IMG/VR virus record: IMGVR_UViG_3300022602_000027
Direction: 5' to 3' (one strand)
DNA: 64,000 nt
Source: a virus
Lineage: Duplodnaviria; Caudoviricetes
Both the position numbers and the translations under genes were made by a program. Below the pieces are notes generated by a model. That model saw only the letters and a program-made list of their open reading frames with translations, was not told where the DNA came from and made no database searches. Every line of letters starts with the position of its first letter. Position 1 is the first letter of the stretch. Positions 14,787 to 25,046 of this stretch are shown here, one piece after another.

Positions 14787-15775
14787 ACGCAGAACAATAT
14801 CGTACCCTAGTCCGTAAACTAGAAGCTATTAATGAAGCCCCTGAAGACGATCAAGCGGCTGCCGCGGCAGCTAGTGATGCAGGTAACTTACCTCCTCCTA
14901 CAGCACAACCAGCACAACAGGGTGCTACTAATATAGATGCTTACAAGCCTACAGATGGACTTAAAGATGTTCCAGGTAACTCAAAGTCACAGGCTATTCA
15001 AAATGCCATTAAGATGGGACTAAAGCCAGGTGCTAAGTTCCGTTGGTGCATGAAGTATAAAGTACAAGGTGGTACTAAACAACATACAGATCCTAAAAAA
15101 GATACTCTTCCTTATACACGCACTCCACAATCACAATACGATGTTCCAAATACACCGTCAGGCAGACTTCAAGCTGGCTTAGGTAATTTAATTGAGACTC
15201 AACTATCCGAGGCATTGACTAAACTACGCCATCGTCTAAATGAAGCAGAAGGATTAGCCTATGGTCAACCAGATCCAGATAATCCTGGATTCATGTGGGT
15301 TCCAGCAGATGGTACTAGCCCATTTGGTACTGAAGGTAATCCAAAGCCAATGGTACATACTGGTACTGGAGGGTATGTAAATGCCAAGATGGTTCCTGTT
15401 TCTCAACCAGTACCTAGACCCATTGTTGCTCCAGCAGATGAACCTGCACCAGCTCCATTGTCACCGGCTGACACAGGTGATACTGGATCCAGTACAGTAG
15501 CGCATGTTGATGCTAACACACCTACTACTTGTACTATTGAAGATCAAGCACGTATCAAGTATATGCCTACATTTAATCAGGCTTATGCGGCGGCTAAGAA
15601 AGCAGGCTGTCCAGAGTTCATATGGTGCCAAGTACTTAAGGTACCTAGTCAACAACATGCAGACCCTATAGGTCCAGATAACTCGGGTGCTAATGATATA
15701 GACAGTATAGTAAACGGTAATCCAGGACGTACTGATCCTGCGGCTACTACTGCTTACTTTAACAGTAGAAAATAA
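14783..15775 (+). CDS. Putative internal head/virion protein with two F-x-WC repeats
   Basis: Same leader; internal LIE/LSE/LNE possible prohead-protease sites. Confidence 0.7.
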   Translation: MNAEQYRTLVRKLEAINEAPEDDQAAAAAASDAGNLPPPTAQPAQQGATNIDAYKPTDGLKDVPGNSKSQAIQNAIKMGLKPGAKFRWCMKYKVQGGTKQHTDPKKDTLPYTRTPQSQYDVPNTPSGRLQAGLGNLIETQLSEALTKLRHRLNEAEGLAYGQPDPDNPGFMWVPADGTSPFGTEGNPKPMVHTGTGGYVNAKMVPVSQPVPRPIVAPADEPAPAPLSPADTGDTGSSTVAHVDANTPTTCTIEDQARIKYMPTFNQAYAAAKKAGCPEFIWCQVLKVPSQQHADPIGPDNSGANDIDSIVNGNPGRTDPAATTAYFNSRK

Positions 15776-16024
15776 CTAGTTCCAGTTAAGTAGAAATAAA
15801 GTACGATGCTTGTCGTACTTGAAAGCTACACCAATATGATAACATTCTGTAGCTCTATGCCAGGCCCAACGTTCATACTTTGGGCCTGTATAGTTTAGTA
15901 GCCATTGTTCTACATCCATTACACCCGATACCCAATCCAACTGCTCACCTATAACTCCGGGCCATGCTACATCTGCAATAAACTCAAAGCCATGTATATC
16001 TGGAAAATACCTAGCTAGACTCAT
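15776..16024 (-). CDS. Hypothetical protein
   Basis: GGAGA RBS; Trp-rich 82 aa. Confidence 0.7.
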   Translation of the reverse strand: MSLARYFPDIHGFEFIADVAWPGVIGEQLDWVSGVMDVEQWLLNYTGPKYERWAWHRATECYHIGVAFKYDKHRTLFLLNWN

Positions 16025-16036
16025 TAATTTCTCCGT

Positions 16037-16064
16037 AAAAAAAGCACTGTTTCCAGTGCTTTTT
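16037..16064. terminator. Bidirectional-type terminator
   Basis: AAAAAAAGCACTG-TTTC-CAGTGCTTTTT. Confidence 0.7.
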
Positions 16065-16072
16065 GTTTTGCC

Positions 16073-19000
16073 TTACGCTTGAGCTTCACCCCAACGTAGA
16101 ACCAAGTTTTGGTTAATTGGGCTACCTTGTGTAATGTAAGCATTAATAAACAAGATATCACAACCATTTGGATAACATCCACGTCCACCGATTGGAGTAT
16201 TAGTCAATTCCTTGAATAAGCTCAAATCCAATGAGTCTTTGTTAGCAGGAGCGTTAATGTATGAGAATACAGTTTCGCCTGGTAGTGCGTATGTAGCACG
16301 GCTAAAGTTCAATGTAGTACCGCCAGTGACTAATGGAACTGCTGCCAAAATAGCTTGGTTAACAGTAATACCATAGTAGGTTGTACCAGTTGGGTTTTGT
16401 CCACCAGTAATGCTTGTACCAGCTAGGTTAACTAGACTATACACACCTGTACCACCTGTTGTACCACTTATCTGTCCAGTAATATATGTGTTAGATGGAA
16501 TAGTACCACCAGTTACTAGGCTACCTGTTGCAATAGCACTACCACTTGTAAATGTAATACTTGCTGAAATAGCTGTAGCTGTAATACTTGTTGATGGTGT
16601 TGTTTGACTAATACTTACTACCCATGATGAACCTGAACCAGTACCGCCACCAATAACTGACACAATGTATGTGCCTGTTGCTACGTTAGTACCTGTTAGT
16701 ACCATGCCAACTGCTAGTGAACCAGCACTAACTGTTGTAGCTGTTAGTGTTGTACCGCTGATTGAACCAGCTGAAATGGTTGCTGTAGTACCTACTGAAA
16801 TTGTACTTGTGAATACGCTAGTGGTATTTACTAGTGTGCTTACACGAGTCAATCCATATAAGCTAGCAGTTGAACTTGGGAAGAAAATGTCATCGCCCGC
16901 AAGCACTGAGCCTGAGCTAGCTAGAGTTGGATTACTAGTTAATGGAATGCTAGTTGCGTTAGCTGATAGCATAACTGGCACAGTTAAGAAGTTGTTAACA
17001 GCATTTTGGAATACCATTGAAGTACCAGGAGCAACTTGACTAAAACTTGGTTGTCCAGTTGGGTTGGCAATTGAGTTCATGCTAGCAAACTGAATGTTGC
17101 TGATTGTTGGCATATTACTTGGATTAATAATACCTTCAATAACTAGGGCCGCGTTACCAGCACCACTACCCGCACTAGATTCTAGTGTTTGTAGTAGGAA
17201 TGACGCACGGTTAATAAGTTCACGTGCTCCTAAATCGCCTGGTAAAGCATTGCTAACTGACGGTGCTAAACGAATAGCAAACGCTGTAGTTTTCTTAGTT
17301 GAAATATTAACGTTAGGCTGTGAGTAGTTGAAAATGTATGAACGATCTGAGTCAAATCCACCGTCTTCAATAAACGCCGCACCCCAGTGACTTACGATTG
17401 GGCTAGCTGTACCGTTAATCAATATAACACCAGTTGATGTTGTATGAGTTGCGGCAGAACCTGCTGTAAATGTACGTTGACCACCTGATGCCCATGGATT
17501 AATAGGTTGTGCTCTTGATAAACCTGTTAGCGCATTAGTGTACATGTAATTTAATGTAGTTGGAGCTACTGCGGCAACTTGAGTCATTAGTGTAGCTGTA
17601 CCATAGTTAGCATAACTAGTTGCTAATGTAATAGCAGGAGCGGCTGTGTAACTAGTAGTATTAATTGTACCTGTAAATGTACCAATACCTGTAATATAGT
17701 ATGTGGTGTTAATTCCAAGATTACCAATAAGGTTAGCATATGGATTAGTAAACACAATTGGTTGTCCAATTACCATACCACTTGTACTTGCAAGAATAAC
17801 AGCACCACTTGTACCTGTACCACTTGATGTTACAGTTAAACCAGCTGTAGTTGTTGCAGTAGCATAGGTATTAATTTTACCTGTGTAAGTGATAATTTCA
17901 TTATCAACAAGAACTGCTTGAGTATAACCATTTGCTGGAACTGGGAAGTTAGTAGCATCCTGAACTGTCATAACAGTATCTGTTGTACCTAATGCTAGTG
18001 TAGTTGTACTTACGTTACTTGTGCCAACTGTGTTAGTACGAGCACTTTCGTTTTGCACTTCATAGCGTACTGGTAAGTTACCAGCTCGCATCCAAGCTTC
18101 GTTGTTTAAGTTGTTGTTACGTAGGCGATGTACTGTTACGTACTTACCTTCTGGTCCACGCATCATCCAGTCAATAAATCCAGCACCGTACCATGTCCAT
18201 TGCATAGCAACCATCTGCATCTTTGTTGGAATAATTTGGAATCCGCTAGGGTTGTAAGGACCGTTTGATCCGTCCATACGATCTATATTCCATTGGCTTT
18301 GCGGAACAATACGATCAACAGTTTTAGTAATTTTAATACCAGAAACGTTAGCATATCCACGATATTGTGGGTTAACATACATTAATGTATCCGAAACAAC
18401 TTGGGTTACTAAGTGAGTCATTCCGCGAATAACAATACGATCACCTGCCCATAGTTGACTACTGAAACGTGTGTTAATACCGATAATCTGTCCTGAACCA
18501 ACTACAACTGATACTGTACCAGCTAATTGGAATGTTGAACTACGACGTCCTACTCCAACTGTTTGTCCGTCATATTGAAAGAATACACCGTTTTGTTCAT
18601 CAAATGTTCCTGAACGCACAGTAGCACCTGTCCAATAGTTAATGCTTAATAGCGCAGGATCAGTAACCACTGCACCAGTTACACCGCTACTTGTACCTAA
18701 TCCAGTACCAGCTGGAACAACAACTGTACGCTCATCAATAATACCCATTACGGTATAAGTGCCGTTATATCCAGTAGTTAAAATACCGCTTAGAGTAACT
18801 GTAGAACCAAGTTGGCATCCATGATCAACGTCATCAGTTGTAATAATAATTGCTGGAGCAACAATAGCTGAAGCTGCCACTGCACCTGTTGTTAATGAAC
18901 TAATTGCAACGCCGTTAACAGCATTATAGTATGATGATGCTAGGGTAATAGCTGTTACACTAGTTCCGCCAGTTTGTACATAATAAACACCGTTTGGTAA

Positions 19001-21382
19001 GTTAGCAGGTACTGAAGAACCTGAAATAATAACTTGGCTACCTTGTACATACGTACCGCTAGCTACAGTAATTGTACTAGAACTAGCCACTGCTGTAATT
19101 GATACACTTCCTTGATATACTGTTGTGTTAGCTGTAACTGCACGAACGAAATAGTTTGGAGCCATTAACAAGCCAGTGTTGAAGTTAATTGCCTTACCAG
19201 ATTGGTAACGAATATATTTCTTACTCATACGAATCGCTTGTGATCCGTGTGCTGGTAAACCTGTACCTAATTGTACACCACCGTCAAATGGTCTATGTGA
19301 ATAGAAGCTATCTGGACGAGCATAAATCTGTGCAATAATAGTTCCTGTGATTACACCATTGGCACGTGCTGTGTATGTAAATGTTGAGTTAGATGGTGTT
19401 GTTTCAACAAAGTACGGACCACTAACTAAAATGTTGTTGTTGTAACCTGAATCACTTGACTGAACTACGTTAATTGTGTCGCCTGGAGTAAATCCATGTG
19501 GACTATATGTGTTAACTGTAATTGTAGCCGCAGTTCCAATGCCGTTAATTGCTTGTGGGCTAGAAATATTAACTGTAGAAATACTACCTGTATAAACTAC
19601 GTTATATGTACCAGTGCCGCCTGAACCTGTACCAAATGAAACAATAGTAACACCACTTGGTACACCTGAACCACTTACTCCTTGTCCTACTGCAAATGTA
19701 CCGGTAACAGAGCCACCGATAGTTAACAAGGTTCCAACCAGTGTACTTGATGTTGATGTTGCAGTATTACCTGGAGTTGTATAAGTAAATGTTGGATTAT
19801 TAATTGCTACTGCGGCTAAGTATCCGCTAGATACAGTTGATAAAGTAATGTTAACACCTACAGAGCAAGATAATGATCCAGTTGCTGTTGCAACTACAAA
19901 TGGTGTTGTACCGCTAGAAGTTGCTGTTAAAATTGCATTACGACTATCAATAATTTGGTATACATAATAAGTTGTTGATGTTGCTAAGTTACCAAAGTTA
20001 CCTGAGCCGCCTGTTACAACTGCTTCACCAACTGTCATGTTAGCAGTTGTACTAAATGTTACATAGTTGTTGGTTGCGTTAGTTGCAGTAATTGTTGATG
20101 TATAAACAATATTGTTTGATACAGTAATTGTACCGTTTACGCCTGGAGATGGAATACTAGAAATATAATATTGTGTACCCGATGTTAATCCACCAAAGCT
20201 AGCACCACCGACTACATACATATTTCCGCCAATTGCGGCAGTTAGTGTTGGGTTAGTACTACCACTACTTGTAGTTACTACAGTAGCTGTACGACTATCA
20301 ACAATAGTTTGCACGTAGTAAGTTGTACCTGATGTTAATCCACCAAAACTTGTACCAGAGAAATACAATGGCATGTTAGCATACATACCTTGTGTACTAC
20401 CAAATGTGATATAGTTAGCGTTAGTTGTACCGGCTAAGTTAGCTTGTCCAGTAGCAACCGCGTTAGTTTGAACTGTATTGAATGTAATTGCACCACCAAC
20501 TTGCATACCAGTTGTGTTTGATACTGTGATTAAGTTACCACTAGAGTTAGTAGCTGTAGCTGTAGCGGCAACAACTGCATTGATGTTTGATCCTGTATAG
20601 AATCCACCTTGGCGTAACTGAATAAACGGAGTGTAAATGTTGTCGCCGTTATTGTAACCTACTTTACCTTTAGCGTAGTAGGTAAATGTTGTTGTACTAG
20701 GTGTTGTATAAACAATAAATGATCCTTCAGCACGGTCAAATCCTTGATATGCTGAGTTAAATCCTTTAATTGTAAAAGGTTGCCCTGCTGTATAACCGTG
20801 TGCCACTGATGTTGTAATTGTAATCAACGATTCACTAGTTGCTAAACCACCTGAACCTGTTGACGCATCTGTAGTAGCGGCTGTTACTGTTAAATCTGTA
20901 CCAGGGATTTCATAAATTGCTGGATAAGCACGTTGCTGACTGATAGTTAACCACTTAGTAGGTTGCATACCATATTCAAAGTCAGCATCTAGTAATGATT
21001 GCGGAGCGGCAACACGAATACGTTCAAAAGCATCTGTGCCAGCTTCTGGCATACGTGTGTACTGGAACGGTTGTTCATATAGAATTTGAATAACATCTGA
21101 ACTTGCAATGCTATTGGCTGAAATTAGCGCAATTGCCGCACTACTTAGTTGAATAGTAGTTGTACCGTCTGTATTATCAAGTGCGCTGACAAAGTTTAAG
21201 TCATTTGCGCGGTTAAAAGTTACAGTAGTTCCAACAAATGTGTTATCTGCAAAATTATAAAGGATAACGTTTTTAGTGGTATCTGTAATCACTAAAAGTT
21301 GTTGTAAATCATATTTTCCAGGTACTTCAATTGTACCTGATGTAGCGTTAAAAACGTACTGTCTAAGTTGTGCTTTTGCCAT
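16073..21382 (-). CDS. Large T/S/G-rich virion structural (tail fibre/baseplate-associated) protein
   Basis: 1769 aa; repeated beta-rich modules (ITITTSVAHG, GGLTSGTTYYV); IRYQSGK and RWGEAQA motifs seen in T4-like aquatic phage virion proteins. Confidence 0.75.
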   Translation of the reverse strand: MAKAQLRQYVFNATSGTIEVPGKYDLQQLLVITDTTKNVILYNFADNTFVGTTVTFNRANDLNFVSALDNTDGTTTIQLSSAAIALISANSIASSDVIQILYEQPFQYTRMPEAGTDAFERIRVAAPQSLLDADFEYGMQPTKWLTISQQRAYPAIYEIPGTDLTVTAATTDASTGSGGLATSESLITITTSVAHGYTAGQPFTIKGFNSAYQGFDRAEGSFIVYTTPSTTTFTYYAKGKVGYNNGDNIYTPFIQLRQGGFYTGSNINAVVAATATATNSSGNLITVSNTTGMQVGGAITFNTVQTNAVATGQANLAGTTNANYITFGSTQGMYANMPLYFSGTSFGGLTSGTTYYVQTIVDSRTATVVTTSSGSTNPTLTAAIGGNMYVVGGASFGGLTSGTQYYISSIPSPGVNGTITVSNNIVYTSTITATNATNNYVTFSTTANMTVGEAVVTGGSGNFGNLATSTTYYVYQIIDSRNAILTATSSGTTPFVVATATGSLSCSVGVNITLSTVSSGYLAAVAINNPTFTYTTPGNTATSTSSTLVGTLLTIGGSVTGTFAVGQGVSGSGVPSGVTIVSFGTGSGGTGTYNVVYTGSISTVNISSPQAINGIGTAATITVNTYSPHGFTPGDTINVVQSSDSGYNNNILVSGPYFVETTPSNSTFTYTARANGVITGTIIAQIYARPDSFYSHRPFDGGVQLGTGLPAHGSQAIRMSKKYIRYQSGKAINFNTGLLMAPNYFVRAVTANTTVYQGSVSITAVASSSTITVASGTYVQGSQVIISGSSVPANLPNGVYYVQTGGTSVTAITLASSYYNAVNGVAISSLTTGAVAASAIVAPAIIITTDDVDHGCQLGSTVTLSGILTTGYNGTYTVMGIIDERTVVVPAGTGLGTSSGVTGAVVTDPALLSINYWTGATVRSGTFDEQNGVFFQYDGQTVGVGRRSSTFQLAGTVSVVVGSGQIIGINTRFSSQLWAGDRIVIRGMTHLVTQVVSDTLMYVNPQYRGYANVSGIKITKTVDRIVPQSQWNIDRMDGSNGPYNPSGFQIIPTKMQMVAMQWTWYGAGFIDWMMRGPEGKYVTVHRLRNNNLNNEAWMRAGNLPVRYEVQNESARTNTVGTSNVSTTTLALGTTDTVMTVQDATNFPVPANGYTQAVLVDNEIITYTGKINTYATATTTAGLTVTSSGTGTSGAVILASTSGMVIGQPIVFTNPYANLIGNLGINTTYYITGIGTFTGTINTTSYTAAPAITLATSYANYGTATLMTQVAAVAPTTLNYMYTNALTGLSRAQPINPWASGGQRTFTAGSAATHTTSTGVILINGTASPIVSHWGAAFIEDGGFDSDRSYIFNYSQPNVNISTKKTTAFAIRLAPSVSNALPGDLGARELINRASFLLQTLESSAGSGAGNAALVIEGIINPSNMPTISNIQFASMNSIANPTGQPSFSQVAPGTSMVFQNAVNNFLTVPVMLSANATSIPLTSNPTLASSGSVLAGDDIFFPSSTASLYGLTRVSTLVNTTSVFTSTISVGTTATISAGSISGTTLTATTVSAGSLAVGMVLTGTNVATGTYIVSVIGGGTGSGSSWVVSISQTTPSTSITATAISASITFTSGSAIATGSLVTGGTIPSNTYITGQISGTTGGTGVYSLVNLAGTSITGGQNPTGTTYYGITVNQAILAAVPLVTGGTTLNFSRATYALPGETVFSYINAPANKDSLDLSLFKELTNTPIGGRGCYPNGCDILFINAYITQGSPINQNLVLRWGEAQA

Positions 21383-21411
21383 TTAATTCTCCGTGGTTTT
21401 GTATTTAGCTA

Positions 21412-22446
21412 TTAGCCCATAGCGGCAGCATAAGCTAGGGCGATCGCTCTAATATTTGTCCCGCCAACGTATAAGTTTCCATTAATGTAAGTAGTGCCGG
21501 TTATTCCAACACCGCCTGCAACTTGTAAAGTATTGCCTGAACTATAGCTAGTACCTTGTGCTGTTCCTGCTAATGTTATTGTTGCGCCAACATACATACT
21601 TTTTGCCGTATATATTCCGCCTTGTGATACGATAGCACCAAATGGTGGATTAAGTGGATTAGCATCAGTTGTATTACCTATAACTAAAGGCGAAGTTAGT
21701 GTACCTATTGTTACAATATTTGTAGAACCAGCGGCGGGTGCGGCACCTAAATTAATTAATGCTTGTGCGGCAGTTGTTGCTCCAGTTCCACCGTAAGATA
21801 TGCCAACTGCTGTACCATTCCACACACCGGTACCAATAGTTCCTACAGATGTTAAACTACTGTTTACTACGTTTGTAGCTAATGTAGTTCCGGGTAGCGT
21901 ACTTGCATTAGGTGCAGGGCTATTTGCCCAAGCAAACGCAGTTCCGTTCCACTCTAAGAATGTTCCAGCACTTGCTGGTGTTGCTACAAATCCTAAACTA
22001 CCATTAGATTCTAAGAAAACTAGTGCGTTGCTAGTACCGCCTAATGGGCCAGTAACTGTAGTAGCTGTAGCTGCCGATACGGCAGTGGTTGCAGTAGTAG
22101 CTGATCCAGCACTTGCGGCAAATGTAGCATTTGAAATAGTACCTGTAATGGTTCCGTTAATTACTGAAACATTGCCGTTAACAGTAAGCCCCGTTAATGT
22201 ACCAACAGATGTTAAACTACTGTTAACAATGTTTAATGGTAATGTTGTCCCAGTCAAAGAACTGGCTGCTGTAGGTGTTGCGTATAGTGTTGGGTATAAA
22301 AGACTTCTATATGGTGTAACACCGTCACCAAATTTAAAAAGGAGTGTATCTGTTTCTAAGGCAGGCTCACCAGACCCCAAAATAGGGTTTACCGCAGTCC
22401 AGTTTGCGGATGTATCTCGTCTTATTTTTATCTGCGTATTCGCCAT
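21412..22446 (-). CDS. Tail fibre protein with Mtd/hyaluronidase-type N-terminal domain
   Basis: IKIRRDTSANWTAVNPILGSGEPALETDT..KFGDG motif. Confidence 0.8.
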   Translation of the reverse strand: MANTQIKIRRDTSANWTAVNPILGSGEPALETDTLLFKFGDGVTPYRSLLYPTLYATPTAASSLTGTTLPLNIVNSSLTSVGTLTGLTVNGNVSVINGTITGTISNATFAASAGSATTATTAVSAATATTVTGPLGGTSNALVFLESNGSLGFVATPASAGTFLEWNGTAFAWANSPAPNASTLPGTTLATNVVNSSLTSVGTIGTGVWNGTAVGISYGGTGATTAAQALINLGAAPAAGSTNIVTIGTLTSPLVIGNTTDANPLNPPFGAIVSQGGIYTAKSMYVGATITLAGTAQGTSYSSGNTLQVAGGVGITGTTYINGNLYVGGTNIRAIALAYAAAMG

Positions 22447-22476
22447 CGTTAATCCTTGATTACCCTATATTTATCG

Positions 22477-23079
22477 TTAAGCTAGTGAGGCGCCCATAGC
22501 CATTGCAAATGCTTTAATATTTGTTCCACCAACTATAACCACTGGTGCAGTTACAGTTCCTGTAAATGTAGGACTGGCTTTTGGAGCCTTAAGATTATCA
22601 CTTGTAGTTGTAGCATATCCGGCTAATGTTGTACTTAAACTTGAACTAGTTACATATGAACTTAGTGCTGTTGTAATTGCTGTATTCATACCAGTTGTTG
22701 TGGTATATGAACTTAGTGCTGTACTAATTGCTGTATTCATACCAGTTGTTGTGGTATATGAACTTAGTGCTGTACTAATCGCTGTATTAACTGCGGTGGT
22801 TGGTTCGTAAGCGGCTAATGCGCTAGTTATTGCGGTATTTCTGTTAGTAACTTCTGTGGAAATTGCGGTTGAAAGTGCAGAATTTGTAGCGTATGCGGCT
22901 AGTGCGCTGGTTACGTATGGCTGACTAGCAATCTTAGTTCCGCCTTGTGTAACACCGTCCATTAGGCGTAATGTACCATTAGTTACATCATAAACTATAT
23001 CGCCGTTGGTGTACGATAATCTATCTAAATCTACTGAATCATAGGGGATTAATTTAACGCTGTGTACACTTTTGCTCAT
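22477..23079 (-). CDS. Fibre-like virion protein with 17-aa repeats
   Basis: NGDIVYDVTNGTLRLMDG N-domain; TAISTALSSYTTTTGMN repeats. Confidence 0.7.
   Translation of the reverse strand: MSKSVHSVKLIPYDSVDLDRLSYTNGDIVYDVTNGTLRLMDGVTQGGTKIASQPYVTSALAAYATNSALSTAISTEVTNRNTAITSALAAYEPTTAVNTAISTALSSYTTTTGMNTAISTALSSYTTTTGMNTAITTALSSYVTSSSLSTTLAGYATTTSDNLKAPKASPTFTGTVTAPVVIVGGTNIKAFAMAMGASLA
22654..22788. repeat. 51-bp coding tandem repeat (~2.6 copies)
   Basis: Units start at 22654, 22705 and 22756. Confidence 0.9.
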
Positions 23080-23117
23080 GGCAATACTAGTCCTATATAA
23101 CTAGTATTTACCCGTTT

Positions 23118-23561
23118 TTAGTCTTTGCGGTAGTACTGATAATTTACAGTAGTTTCGTTTTCTTTGTGTACTGTAGCGCCGTTTTTCAAGTGAAATCGGC
23201 GAGCCATTGGTGTTTGCGGGCTTAGTGTAACAATGTTTTTAACATCTTTATGCTCACCTAAGATCCATTCTGCGGCTTTCTTAATTAGAGTTTGTCCTGC
23301 GCCTGGACTGTAACTCCAAATGGTGTAAAATACTGCTGTATCTTTTGACTTGTCCATATTAACTAAATCTTCTTCAGTTTTAGGGATATCAGTCAACCAT
23401 TGTAAACATGTTGCCGCTAAGATCTCTTCCCCAGCCTTAAGGATTAGAATTTCAGCGGCATCATTAATACGTTGTTCTAATGGAATGTGAGGACGCACAG
23501 GATCATCCTTGACTACTTTAGTCAAAGGATCGTCGATTGAGCGTAAGTGATATAGTTCCAT
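23118..23561 (-). CDS. GNAT-fold protein resembling malonyl-CoA decarboxylase C-domain
   Basis: TAVFYTIWSY..G.G..LIKK...IVTLSP. Confidence 0.55.
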   Translation of the reverse strand: MELYHLRSIDDPLTKVVKDDPVRPHIPLEQRINDAAEILILKAGEEILAATCLQWLTDIPKTEEDLVNMDKSKDTAVFYTIWSYSPGAGQTLIKKAAEWILGEHKDVKNIVTLSPQTPMARRFHLKNGATVHKENETTVNYQYYRKD

Positions 23562-23595
23562 TATATACGTACTTATCTTTTTTATTAAAAAATGC

Positions 23596-25029
23596 TTAGA
23601 TATCGTCGCCCGGCAAGTTGTTTAACAAATCTCTTAGCTTGCTACTTGCAACTTCTGCACGAACTTTTGGTACTGCCGCTCCTGCCATTGGATCTGCAAT
23701 CTCTCCAGTCGATGCATTAACTGTTTGACGTTGTTTGATACTATTCAATAATGTGCTACCTGCTGATTGACTATTGTGATTACCATAACCTTCTTCTTCA
23801 GTTAAATCAGTAATACGCAAACTATCAATATTAAATTCTAAGTCAATTTTCATACCAACACCACTTGATGAACGTGTTTTCATCAGCTGTAATTGATAAC
23901 GTCCACGTTCACGCATAGCACGACTTGTAAAGATACCAAACACGTTATCTGCTGTTTGAATTTTACTCAAACCACCCGAGATATGACTGTGATCAAACTC
24001 AACTTCTTCAACAGCACCACGATTTAACTGTGCCGCTGTAACAAACACACAGTTCTTTTCCACCGCTAAATTTCGCAATTCTTCAGATACATACTTGTCT
24101 TTAATAAACAAATCTGCTGGACTAATTTTCTTTGAGTTAGGCATTAACAAGTCAAGATAGTCAACTAACAACACATCAACTTTACGTCCTAATTTGATTT
24201 CATACTCTTTTAAGAAGCTTCGAATGTCATTAGTAGTTTTGCCACTTGGCATGTATTTTACCTGGTAAGATCCGGATTTTTTACCAATCATCTTAACCTT
24301 CATTTCTACATCATCTAAGTTCTTGAAAATCTCTCTAGTGGCCATTCCAGTTACCATTGCATCCATACGCATGGACACTAGTTCTTCTGAAAGTTCTAAG
24401 GTTAAGTAGATTACATTCAACCCAGCAAGTGCCCAATTGATGCCTAAATTTGCTAAAAATAGTGATTTTCCTGCGCCTGATCCGCCTGCAAAAATATTCA
24501 ACTCACCACGGTTCATGCCACCAAATAATTTGTCATCCATAGCTTTCCAACCAGTGGATACTTGTCCGTTGCTGTCTTTAATCTTCATCAGACGAGCACG
24601 TGGGTCTAAGAAATAATCAGTGCCCATGTCCTTGGTCAAGCCCACTTGTACCGCGGCTTTAATCTTTTCTTCAACTGGACCGTACTCACCTTTTTCTAAT
24701 AAGTCGGCTGATTCTAAGATTGCTCGCTCAAGTCCTTTATGTCGAATAAATGTTTCAAAGTCGCCTAACAACCAATCAAAATGCTCTTCACGTAGTTCTG
24801 TTGCAACCTTAAAATTTGCATTAGTAGCGGCATTTACAATGTCAATTGTGGGCATTACATTGTGTTCTTCTACATACTTGTTCATAAACTCTGCAGAATC
24901 TTGCAAGCGTCTATCAAACAATGTATGATCAAAAATGCTTTGACAGCGAACAAATGTTGCCGCATCTGCTAGCATCATTTCTAAATATAATTTTTGTATA
25001 TCGTAACCGTAATCTGTATTTTGTGCCAT
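23596..25029 (-). CDS. gp41: Replicative DnaB-like helicase (T4 gp41-like)
   Basis: Walker A AGGSGAGKS, LELSEE, VDYLDL, TAAQLNR and QLMKTR motifs. Confidence 0.92.
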   Translation of the reverse strand: MAQNTDYGYDIQKLYLEMMLADAATFVRCQSIFDHTLFDRRLQDSAEFMNKYVEEHNVMPTIDIVNAATNANFKVATELREEHFDWLLGDFETFIRHKGLERAILESADLLEKGEYGPVEEKIKAAVQVGLTKDMGTDYFLDPRARLMKIKDSNGQVSTGWKAMDDKLFGGMNRGELNIFAGGSGAGKSLFLANLGINWALAGLNVIYLTLELSEELVSMRMDAMVTGMATREIFKNLDDVEMKVKMIGKKSGSYQVKYMPSGKTTNDIRSFLKEYEIKLGRKVDVLLVDYLDLLMPNSKKISPADLFIKDKYVSEELRNLAVEKNCVFVTAAQLNRGAVEEVEFDHSHISGGLSKIQTADNVFGIFTSRAMRERGRYQLQLMKTRSSSGVGMKIDLEFNIDSLRITDLTEEEGYGNHNSQSAGSTLLNSIKQRQTVNASTGEIADPMAGAAVPKVRAEVASSKLRDLLNNLPGDDI

Positions 25030-25046
25030 ATATTATTATAATTCCT

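Noticed and set aside
16410-22459. + strand ORFs antisense to fibre genes (16410, 16665, 17094, 21800)
   Set aside because: Products of Thr/Gly codon bias on the opposite strand.
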